Below the pieces are notes generated by a model, which did not search any database, had not been told where the DNA came from, and worked only from the letters and a program-made list of their open reading frames with translations. This document shows, in pieces, positions 18,471 through 26,214 of a stretch of DNA of 47,310 bases. The position numbers and the translations under genes are program-made. Origin of the DNA: Bacilli bacterium (lineage in GTDB: Bacteria > Bacillota_I > Bacilli_A > RF39 > UBA660); NCBI GenBank assembly GCA_051872415.1, contig JBJEDW010000042.1, positions 1-47,310 of the forward strand, written 5' to 3'. Position 1 is the first letter of the stretch; the number at the start of each line of letters is the position of its first letter.

Positions 18471-19112
18471 TGATTTTTTAATATTTTCTTTTTTCACTAA
18501 ATCACTTGTTTGAATTATTTCTAGATCATCCATATTCAACTCTTTTATATCATTAATAAATTGTTCTTTTACACTTTCTGGAACCATATTAATTTTTCCA
18601 CCAATTATATCTACTATTGGGACTAATTCAGCTGAATATACTCCTCTATTAGCATAACTAGCATCAGTAAATTCAGGCCCCTTACCAGTACCTATATCTC
18701 CATTAATATGCTCTGCTAATAAGAAATATTGATTTTCCTTTTCAGTTTGATACTCATAAATAGGTTCTTCTTGTATTATTTCTACATCTATACCTATTTC
18801 TTCTTTTAGTTCCCTTATCGTAGTTTCACTTAATGTTTCATTACTTTCTATACCACCGCCAGGTACAACATAGTATTCATTTTTAATGCCATCTTTAACT
18901 TTTATTCTATGCATTAATAATAATTTGCCATCTTTTATTATTAATCCACCTGCTCTTGATCTCATTTCTTTCTTCCTCCTTATATCACTTACTATATTAT
19001 ATACTGATTTTTCTAAACGTTCAATTGTTCCGTCATTGCATATTACGTAATCAGCACTATTTTTAACTTCATTAGCACCTTTACTTAATTTTTTATTATC
19101 TTTAATATCCAC
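18468..19112 (-). CDS. Nudix hydrolase with an N-terminal extension resembling the C-terminal end of dephospho-CoA kinase
   Basis: Nudix box PGGGIESNETLSETTIRELKEEIGID. The N-terminal ADYVICNDGTIERLEKSV resembles a CoaE C-terminus. The GTG start lies only 5 codons after an in-frame stop; an internal Met before the Nudix fold is an alternative start. Confidence 0.7.
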   Translation of the reverse strand: MDIKDNKKLSKGANEVKNSADYVICNDGTIERLEKSVYNIVSDIRRKKEMRSRAGGLIIKDGKLLLMHRIKVKDGIKNEYYVVPGGGIESNETLSETTIRELKEEIGIDVEIIQEEPIYEYQTEKENQYFLLAEHINGDIGTGKGPEFTDASYANRGVYSAELVPIVDIIGGKINMVPESVKEQFINDIKELNMDDLEIIQTSDLVKKENIKKS

Positions 19113-19285
19113 TTTATCTTTTGATTTTTATAAAAAAAGAAATTTACGTTTGTATTTATTCTCTTTAATATAGTTAATTACTTTTTTCTGTACTTATTAT
19201 CTCTACATACTATTTATACTACATAAATGAGCAAGGATGCTCCAATATATGTTTAATTGTATTTTATTCATTGTTCGAATTTATT

Positions 19286-19334
19286 ATAAAAAAATAAAAA
19301 AACTAAATAGAAATAGTGTATATCTATTCAGTTT
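19286..19334 (-). terminator. rho-independent terminator candidate after the recombinase and small-ORF pair
   Basis: Stem 19324..19334 pairs with 19300..19310 (10 of 11 pairs) around a 13-nt loop. On the minus strand it is followed by UUUUUUAUUUUUUU. Confidence 0.5.
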
Positions 19335-19352
19335 CTTTTAAAAATATCAAAA

Positions 19353-19538
19353 CTAATATGGTTTTAATTCGTTAAGCTTAACTTTAGCATCCTTTAATGA
19401 TTTAAATTCAAAAATATAATTTAAATTTATAGTATTATTTGAGACTAAGCATTTTTCTATAACATAATTATTTCCTTTTTTTATTAGAGAAATAATTATT
19501 CCTTTATTATCATATATATCAATCAATTTTTCTTTCAT
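19353..19538 (-). CDS. small hypothetical protein immediately downstream of the recombinase (possible directionality factor; unproven)
   Basis: 61-aa ORF starting 2 nt after the recombinase stop and followed by a terminator. No motif recognised. Confidence 0.4.
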   Translation of the reverse strand: MKEKLIDIYDNKGIIISLIKKGNNYVIEKCLVSNNTINLNYIFEFKSLKDAKVKLNELKPY

Positions 19539-19540
19539 AA

Positions 19541-21004
19541 TTACCTCTTAAATTCTACAGATTTTATTATAATATTTTTTGTATCTTTTACAACTTCTAT
19601 CTTCTCTACAAATCTTTCTAAAAATTGCATTTTTTCTTTATTAGTAAGGTTTTCCCAATTTAATTTTATATTTGTAACTAAATCCTTTACATCATCATAA
19701 GAAATATCCTTTTTTCCATCATCAATATCTTTATTAATTTCTTCAAGTTCATTCTTATAAATTATTTGCATATTATTAATTTCTTCAGTAATAGTTCTAT
19801 ATTCTTTAGCAGTTAATAAATCATTTATAAAATCATTTCTAATTGTTTTTTTCTTATTTTCAAAACTCTCTATTTTTTTTAAAATAGAAGCTTTTCTCTT
19901 ATTATTTGATGTTAAATCTTTATTTTTTTTCAGTATTGATTCATCTGGTTTCATATTTTTTAGTGTAGATAAATACTCTAGAAAAGATTTTTCCATATTT
20001 TTATGAGAAAATCCACCGCAATCACAAGCACCACGACATGCATTATTGCATCTATATGTGATATATAATTTTCCATATTGTGTTTGTTGTCTTGCACAAA
20101 TATTGCCTCCACATTTTCCACATTTAATAATATGAAAATAATAAGAATTTTCACTTGGATATCTTCTTACAGAGTAATGCTTTCTAGTTTTAATTGTTTT
20201 ATTTGCAAGTTCCCATTTATCATTTTCAATAATTGGTTCTATTTCATTACCATCAACAGTAAATGACTTATCTTTAATTTTACCTGTAACACCATATCTT
20301 ACTTTACCAACATAAAGTGGATTATTAATTATTGATTTAATTGTAGCAGGAGCCCAATGTCCTCCTCTTTTAGTGGGTATACTTTCTATATTAAAAAGTT
20401 TAGCAATTTTAAAATATGACATTCCATCAATATACAAATCAAAGATTCTATTAACTAAAGCTTTTTCTTCTTCATTTACTACAAGCTTTCCTTCTCCTAC
20501 AATATAATCATAACCATACACACCATTTGTATTAGTATAATTTCCTTCTCTTGTTTTTTGTTCATATCCAAATGAAACTCTTTCAGCCAAATTTTCTCTT
20601 TCAAATTCTGCAAATATTCCTATTATTTTTACAAACATTCTACCAACTGCATTAGATGTATCAATTTTTTCTGTTTGAGAATTAAATGTACAAGAGTGGT
20701 TTTCAAATAATTCGATTAAATATATTAAGTCTCTAACACTTCTGGTTAAACGATCTAGTTTATATATCAATATATTATTTACTTTTCCTTCTTTTACATC
20801 TTTTAAAAGTCTTGAAACTTCAGGTCTTTCATTTAAATTTTTTCCACTAATTCCATCATCTACATAATAATCATAAATAAACCAATCATTAGCTTCGGCA
20901 TATTTTGTTAATTTTTCTCTTTGGGCATGAATAGAAAAACCATCTTTTGCTTGATCTTCAGTTGATACACGAATATATATACCTGTTGATATTCTTTCAT
21001 TCAT
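19541..21004 (-). CDS. large serine recombinase (SpoIVCA/SprA/phage-integrase type)
   Basis: The N-terminal resolvase catalytic domain has YIRVSTEDQ...DGFS...Q. It is followed by a recombinase domain, a Cys-rich zinc-ribbon region (CGKCGG...YRCNNACRGACDCGG) and a C-terminal coiled coil. 487 aa. Confidence 0.9.
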   Translation of the reverse strand: MNERISTGIYIRVSTEDQAKDGFSIHAQREKLTKYAEANDWFIYDYYVDDGISGKNLNERPEVSRLLKDVKEGKVNNILIYKLDRLTRSVRDLIYLIELFENHSCTFNSQTEKIDTSNAVGRMFVKIIGIFAEFERENLAERVSFGYEQKTREGNYTNTNGVYGYDYIVGEGKLVVNEEEKALVNRIFDLYIDGMSYFKIAKLFNIESIPTKRGGHWAPATIKSIINNPLYVGKVRYGVTGKIKDKSFTVDGNEIEPIIENDKWELANKTIKTRKHYSVRRYPSENSYYFHIIKCGKCGGNICARQQTQYGKLYITYRCNNACRGACDCGGFSHKNMEKSFLEYLSTLKNMKPDESILKKNKDLTSNNKRKASILKKIESFENKKKTIRNDFINDLLTAKEYRTITEEINNMQIIYKNELEEINKDIDDGKKDISYDDVKDLVTNIKLNWENLTNKEKMQFLERFVEKIEVVKDTKNIIIKSVEFKR

Positions 21005-21182
21005 AAATTATCTCCTCCATTTTACTAAATGGATTTGATATTATTTTTTAATATTCTGGGTATACTCGTATTAATAAAAAACTTCATAATTTCAATTTGA
21101 ATATTTCTTGATATAATATTATCTGTCACATTTATCCCTACTTTCTAATAAAGTATAGATAAATAATTTTAAAATTATGCAG

Positions 21183-21201
21183 GTTTATTGTAAAATTTAA
21201 A
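21183..21201. repeat. extra internal copy of the element-arm-plus-core sequence GTTTATTGTAAAATTTAAA
   Basis: 19 of 19 bp identical to 21228..21246 (the right junction) and 45 bp further inside the element. Confidence 0.7.
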
Positions 21202-21219
21202 TAGATACCTTTCGCACGA

Positions 21220-21885
21220 TTATATGAGTTTATTGTAAAATTTAAACACGACTTTGTTTGTATTAACTATCCATGTTTTATTTTCTGTGTTTTCTCTAAT
21301 GTAGTCTTCATACTTACTGGTGTAATCAAGTATTTTTTTATGTTTAATAAGTTCTTTTGCGATGATTGCCATATCATAACTACTTGAATAGGCTCCTTCT
21401 TCATCAAACCCTGTTGAATTTACAAAGTTAGTATTTTTTAGTCCTAGTTTTTTAGCTTTTTCGTTCATTTGTTTTACAAAAGCTTCTTCTGTTCCACTTA
21501 CTCTTTCAGCCATAAGTACCATTGCATCATTAGCACTTGCCATGGTAATTCCCTTTAAAAGATCATCTACACTAATCTTTTCTCCTTCTTCAAGCCATAT
21601 TTGAGTTCCACCCATTTCTTTTGCATTTTTACTCACTGTTAATTGTTCGTTTATCTTTATAGAACCATCATCTATTTTTTCAAAAATAAGTAAAAGTCCC
21701 ATCATTTTTGTAAGTGACGCTACACTTTTTTTTGAATTAGCATTTTTATTATATAAAATTTCTCCTGTATCATAATCAATCATAACTGCAGATGATGCTC
21801 CTTTTGTTATATCAATTTCATTTGCATTTACGCTTAATGGTATAAATAAAAATGCTATCAGAAATGTAATAATTATTTTTTTCAT
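21220..21885 (-). pseudogene. 5' (N-terminal) segment of the split serine-type D-Ala-D-Ala carboxypeptidase. The native part is 21233..21885; the last 4 codons and the stop come from the element.
   Basis: Signal peptide MKKIIITFLIAFLFIPLSVNA, SxxK (SLTK), SxN (SAN), and an end at ...WIVNTNKVVFKFY/NKLI*. The KTG box is absent here and present in 6840..7354. Confidence 0.85.
21233..21245. repeat. right junction core (att-like) TTGTAAAATTTAA
   Basis: Identical to 7342..7354 and encodes K-F-Y of the N-terminal dac fragment in the same frame register. Confidence 0.75.
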
Positions 21886-21948
21886 TTACTTATCACCTAT
21901 TAAAAACTATGATAATAAATTACATATAGAAGTAAAAAAGACATAAAT

Positions 21949-23031
21949 CTACCATTTATATCTTTTTCTCATATATTTTGTATTATCAGATAAACCTTTG
22001 TCTAAAAAACTAAAATCATTTTCTTTGAATTCTATAGTGTCAAGCATTTGTCTTTCATCTAATAATCCTTGATTAGATAAAAAGTTTCTAAGTCTTTTAA
22101 GTCCTTCCTTTTTATCTTGTTTGTAAATATCAAAAAAATATTCTCCTAACAAAGAACCATAACCATATTTAATATCATCAATATAGTTATGTTTATAAAA
22201 AATTACTTTTTCATTGGATTCTAAAGCATTACTAAATTCATTTTCTGAAACACATAAAACACTTTCTGCATCATATATAGCATTTTCTAAATTCTCGTTT
22301 GTACTAACATTTCCTAAAAATGTTAATCTATCATATAAATCACAATAATAATTATTTAACTCTCTATTTGCATCATCTGTATATATTCTATTTTTAATTA
22401 AATAATCTAATGCCAATCTTTCAAAAAAGCATGAACAAACCTCCACAAAACAATAAGCATATCTTTCAACTTGTTGTATTGAAGACATATTAGACATAAA
22501 TAAATTTTCATAATTGTGACCTATTTCATGAACTAAATCTTTTATAAAAATTACCATTTTTTCGATATCCTTATTTAAAACTATATTATCTTGAAACATT
22601 CCAAAAGTATTGATACAATAGCCATCACAATCTTCTAAATTTTTATACTTTATTTTATCAAAATCATACAACTTTTCTATATTATCAATTTTAGCATCTT
22701 TTAATATTTCAAAAATAATTTCTTTCGCTTCATCAAATTTTATTTTATTTTCTGGACAAAGAAAGTAATAATTAAAATTTGTTTTTTTATATCTATTATC
22801 AGCTTTAGAAGCAAAATTTTTAAATATTTCTCCATCATTTTTTAAATAATCATAATAACTATCTGTTTCTAAAATTAAATCTATATTATAAGCATATTCA
22901 AATTCTTCTTGTTTTTCTTTTTCATCTAAAAGATTAAACAATGTTACATATAAATTACTAAGTAAGAACCTTTTTGAATTACTTTTTTCCATTTCAAGCT
23001 TATCTCTTACTTCTTTTATTATTTTATTCAT
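21949..23031 (-). CDS. putative zinc metallopeptidase (HExxH)
   Basis: LVHEIGHNYE contains HExxH. No signal peptide. The family was not recognised further. Confidence 0.5.
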   Translation of the reverse strand: MNKIIKEVRDKLEMEKSNSKRFLLSNLYVTLFNLLDEKEKQEEFEYAYNIDLILETDSYYDYLKNDGEIFKNFASKADNRYKKTNFNYYFLCPENKIKFDEAKEIIFEILKDAKIDNIEKLYDFDKIKYKNLEDCDGYCINTFGMFQDNIVLNKDIEKMVIFIKDLVHEIGHNYENLFMSNMSSIQQVERYAYCFVEVCSCFFERLALDYLIKNRIYTDDANRELNNYYCDLYDRLTFLGNVSTNENLENAIYDAESVLCVSENEFSNALESNEKVIFYKHNYIDDIKYGYGSLLGEYFFDIYKQDKKEGLKRLRNFLSNQGLLDERQMLDTIEFKENDFSFLDKGLSDNTKYMRKRYKW

Positions 23032-23130
23032 ATAAAACCACCTTTTTTATTGTATCATTTTATGTATAATTTTTAAATATTTTTTTGTTATTTTAATATA
23101 TTTTAATAGTAGTATAAATAAGGAGAAAAT

Positions 23131-23997
23131 ATGAATAAGAATAAAAGAATAATAATTATATTTATTTTAATAATTATTGGAGCGATAATCTTCAGTCTTG
23201 ATAAAGTATACGAAGAGCGAATAGTTTTAAAAGAAAAGCTTGAAAAAATTGATGTTTATACTCCATTTAAGAAAACTACAAACTTTAAACAAGAAAACAG
23301 AGAAAGATATGTTAAATACTATGAAAGAAATAAGAATTTAAGTTACGAGGATGTTGTTACCATGGTTAATATTGGACTTGATTATGATTTTTATGATTAT
23401 ATAACTTTATCTGATACTAATAAAGATATACTAATTCTTACTAATAAATATTTAAAATTAGATGAAAATTATAAACCTAATGATTTAGAAAGAATAGATA
23501 ATAAGTATTTTATAAATGGTAACAAAGATGTTAACTATCTTAGAAAAGAAGCTAAAGAAGCTTTTGAAAGATTAAGTGCTGATTCTATTAAGAATAATAC
23601 TCCAGTTTATGGACAAAGTGCATATCGCTCTTATGAAAGACAAAATATTTTGTATAATGAGGCAGTTAAATCTTATGGTAAAGAAAAAGCTGATTTAGAT
23701 ACCGCAAGAGCTGGACATTCTGAGCATCAAACTGGGCTTACTATTGATGTTAGTTCTAATAAAAAAGGTAATATGTTAAACTTTGAAAATACAAGTTCTT
23801 ATAACTGGATGATAAATAATGCACATAAATATGGTTTTATTTTAAGATATCCAAAAGGAAAAGAAAAAATTCATGGATTTATTTATGAAGCATGGCATTA
23901 TAGATATGTTGGTGTAAAAGTTGCAACTGATATGCATAATAATTACAGTGATTTAACATATGATGAATATTATTATAAATTTATAGATAACAAATGA
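23131..23997 (+). CDS. VanY/LdcB-type (M15B) D-alanyl-D-alanine or LD-carboxypeptidase, membrane-anchored
   Basis: An N-terminal TM helix. SEHQTGLTIDV and EAWHYRYVG are the M15B zinc-ligand signatures. Confidence 0.85.
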   Translation: MNKNKRIIIIFILIIIGAIIFSLDKVYEERIVLKEKLEKIDVYTPFKKTTNFKQENRERYVKYYERNKNLSYEDVVTMVNIGLDYDFYDYITLSDTNKDILILTNKYLKLDENYKPNDLERIDNKYFINGNKDVNYLRKEAKEAFERLSADSIKNNTPVYGQSAYRSYERQNILYNEAVKSYGKEKADLDTARAGHSEHQTGLTIDVSSNKKGNMLNFENTSSYNWMINNAHKYGFILRYPKGKEKIHGFIYEAWHYRYVGVKVATDMHNNYSDLTYDEYYYKFIDNK

Positions 23998-24011
23998 TCA
24001 TAACAAAAAAA

Positions 24012-24025
24012 AGGACTTTTGTCCT
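24012..24025 (-). terminator. weak hairpin between convergent genes
   Basis: AGGAC-TTTT-GTCCT with a flanking A-run, which is a U-run on the minus strand. The stem is only 5 bp. Confidence 0.25.
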
Positions 24026-24653
24026 AATGTTCATATAATCCATGTATTTTTTGTCTTGTAGTATCGTCTATATCATTTAAAGTCCATACATCATCAACTT
24101 TAGTAAGTGTAAAATCAATAGTATACTTTACTCTATCTGTTGCATCTTTTAATTTACCTAGTCTGTATTCTACAAATTTAGAATCACCAGTTACAGCATC
24201 TGTTGCATTTTCTACTGCATCTGCTGCTCCTTCAACTACATCTTCGGCAGCATCTGTAATATCTTGGGCTACTCCACTATCAGTATCATTTTTAAATTCA
24301 TCTGGATTATTATCATAATATGTTTGGGCATCTTGATTTATCTTATAATAATCATAAACTTCAATTTCTGCAGTTACAGTTGCTGTATCTCCATCAATAA
24401 CTTCATCTTTGATATCATATGTCAAATCTTGATATTGTTTTTTCATTATGTCAGTATAAGTAGTTTTTTGATCTTCATCCATCAAAGTATCAGAATCTAC
24501 CATTTCTTTAAGTTGAGTTAAAACTGTTTCATCTTGATTCTTATAATTATCTAAGAAATTTTCAACTTTTTTAGTTGGAGTATTATTCATAGAACAACCA
24601 CTAAGTAATACAATAGCCATAATACATGAAAAACATAATAATATTTTTTTCAT
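24024..24653 (-). CDS. lipoprotein, function unknown
   Basis: Lipobox LLSGC after a signal peptide, with an acidic central segment. Confidence 0.65.
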   Translation of the reverse strand: MKKILLCFSCIMAIVLLSGCSMNNTPTKKVENFLDNYKNQDETVLTQLKEMVDSDTLMDEDQKTTYTDIMKKQYQDLTYDIKDEVIDGDTATVTAEIEVYDYYKINQDAQTYYDNNPDEFKNDTDSGVAQDITDAAEDVVEGAADAVENATDAVTGDSKFVEYRLGKLKDATDRVKYTIDFTLTKVDDVWTLNDIDDTTRQKIHGLYEH

Positions 24654-24698
24654 AAAAATCCTCCCATTTCTAGTGTGAGAGGATTTTCTTATTTTATA

Positions 24699-25472
24699 CT
24701 AAATTTTGTTTAAATTAGATTTTTTTTGTTTTAAAATTATAAATACTATAATTGCTATGACTGAAGCTATTATAAATAGGGTGGCAATAATAGTACCAGA
24801 TATTTGATTCGATTCATCATTTTCATCATCAGAATCATTTGTTTGTTCATCGTTTGCGTTTTGATCATCAGTATCATCAGTTATATTAGAATTATCATAT
24901 ACTTCATCCATTGGTTCTTCTTCTATTTCTGGTATTTCAGCAGAAAATCTTAAAGTAAAATTTCTATCTATAGAATTCCAAGTATATGTATTTCCATTTA
25001 CAGAGTCAGCATTAGAACTTGTTACAGTTAAATCTGTTTTTATATTTATTACAATAGAATCTGCTCTAGAATAACAATAAAACGGACTTGAAGTTTTTAT
25101 TGACAAATCATCTTCATTATCTTTAAAATCAAATCCACTAAAACATTCATTCAAAATTCTACTTCCTGTTAAAAATAGTGATGAATAATCATTTTTTAAA
25201 GTTACAATGTATTCTCCATTAACTTTTTTTTTGGTTTTTGTATAAGGAACACTACTATCATTGTCAAAGTAAATTTTATCATTAACAACAGAAGTCATAA
25301 AATCATAGTTACCTGATTTATCAAGTTCACTTTCCTTAACTTTATATATGTTCTCTTCATAAAAATGTAAATCTTCATCAATTGTTAAATTATATTCAAT
25401 ACTTTTAGCATTAACAGTGCCTATTCCTATCAGAAAAAGCATTAAAGTTAAAAACAAATATTTTAATTTCAT
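24699..25472 (-). CDS. secreted, C-terminally anchored protein (paralogue of 25482..26204)
   Basis: A signal peptide, a shared NTYTW and Cys-containing core with its neighbour, an acidic D/N/E-rich linker, and a C-terminal TM helix plus basic tail. Confidence 0.6.
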   Translation of the reverse strand: MKLKYLFLTLMLFLIGIGTVNAKSIEYNLTIDEDLHFYEENIYKVKESELDKSGNYDFMTSVVNDKIYFDNDSSVPYTKTKKKVNGEYIVTLKNDYSSLFLTGSRILNECFSGFDFKDNEDDLSIKTSSPFYCYSRADSIVINIKTDLTVTSSNADSVNGNTYTWNSIDRNFTLRFSAEIPEIEEEPMDEVYDNSNITDDTDDQNANDEQTNDSDDENDESNQISGTIIATLFIIASVIAIIVFIILKQKKSNLNKI

Positions 25473-25481
25473 AATTCCTCC

Positions 25482-26204
25482 TTAAATTTTTGATAGTTCT
25501 TTTTTCCTTTTTCTTAAGATAAAATAACCAATTATAATAAAGACAAAGATTATTAAGACAATTATTATTAAAACTACCACATTTATTGATTTACTTATTT
25601 CTGAACCTGAAGAATCAACATTATCTTTGTTATCATTAAGCACTTTTTGAGAACTATCAATTTCAAAATACAAATTTATTTCTTCTTTATTTGAATCATT
25701 AATTATCCATGTATATGTATTATTAGTAGTATCAACTTTTTCAGAATTATGCATAGTAACTTTATATGGTGTTTGGACAACAACCTCAATATTACTATAA
25801 TCACATATTAATCCACTACTAGTAGAAAAAATATAATTATTATCATATTGTCTAATTTCATAATATTTAAAACAATTCCTTATAATAGAAGATCTCTTAT
25901 GATTATCAAAATCAAATTCACCATTTAAATTAATTTTTTTATTTGTTTCATCAAATGAAACATCATAATATGATACACCTGCTTCTTTTTCCCTCGTATC
26001 AGAAAAAGGATTAGAAAGTTCTTGATCATAATACAAAGGAAGAGGAAAACCATTCCAATTAGAAGCTTTATTGTATTCGGACTGATCTTTGGCAAAAATA
26101 GTGATATTTTCAGTAATTTTATCCAATTCTATATTTAAATTCACAGTAGCAGTACACCCACTCATAAGAAAAACTGTTAGAATTAAAATAATATATTTTT
26201 TCAT
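25482..26204 (-). CDS. lipoprotein with an additional C-terminal TM anchor (paralogue of 24699..25472)
   Basis: I place the start at the ATG at 26204 (MKKYIILILTVFLMSGC), 5 nt after AAGGAGA, rather than at the track start 26249. It has a lipobox, an NTYTW core and a C-terminal TM helix. Confidence 0.6.
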   Translation of the reverse strand: MKKYIILILTVFLMSGCTATVNLNIELDKITENITIFAKDQSEYNKASNWNGFPLPLYYDQELSNPFSDTREKEAGVSYYDVSFDETNKKINLNGEFDFDNHKRSSIIRNCFKYYEIRQYDNNYIFSTSSGLICDYSNIEVVVQTPYKVTMHNSEKVDTTNNTYTWIINDSNKEEINLYFEIDSSQKVLNDNKDNVDSSGSEISKSINVVVLIIIVLIIFVFIIIGYFILRKRKKELSKI

Positions 26205-26214
26205 ATCCATCTCC

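Larger units (their letters stand above)
7355..21232. mobile_element. ~13.9-kb integrated element with a large serine recombinase, interrupting the D-Ala-D-Ala carboxypeptidase gene (intervening-element/genomic-island type; no phage structural genes seen)
   Basis: Direct 13-bp repeats lie at both ends, 13,891 bp apart. The recombinase gene is at the right end. The flanking half-genes are colinear and in frame once the interval is removed. Confidence 0.8.

Noticed and set aside
7355-21232. Interpretation of the inserted element as a prophage.
   Set aside because: No capsid, portal, terminase, tail, holin or lysin ORFs are recognisable. The cargo is metabolic. It is better described as an intervening element or island, or at most a fully degraded prophage.
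21886-21948. Sporulation-type promoter (sigma-E-like CTATATG ... CATAGTTT) upstream of the N-terminal dac fragment.
   Set aside because: The match to the consensus I remember is partial in both hexamers and in the spacing. In roughly 75% AT sequence such matches are expected by chance. It is left as something to test rather than a feature.
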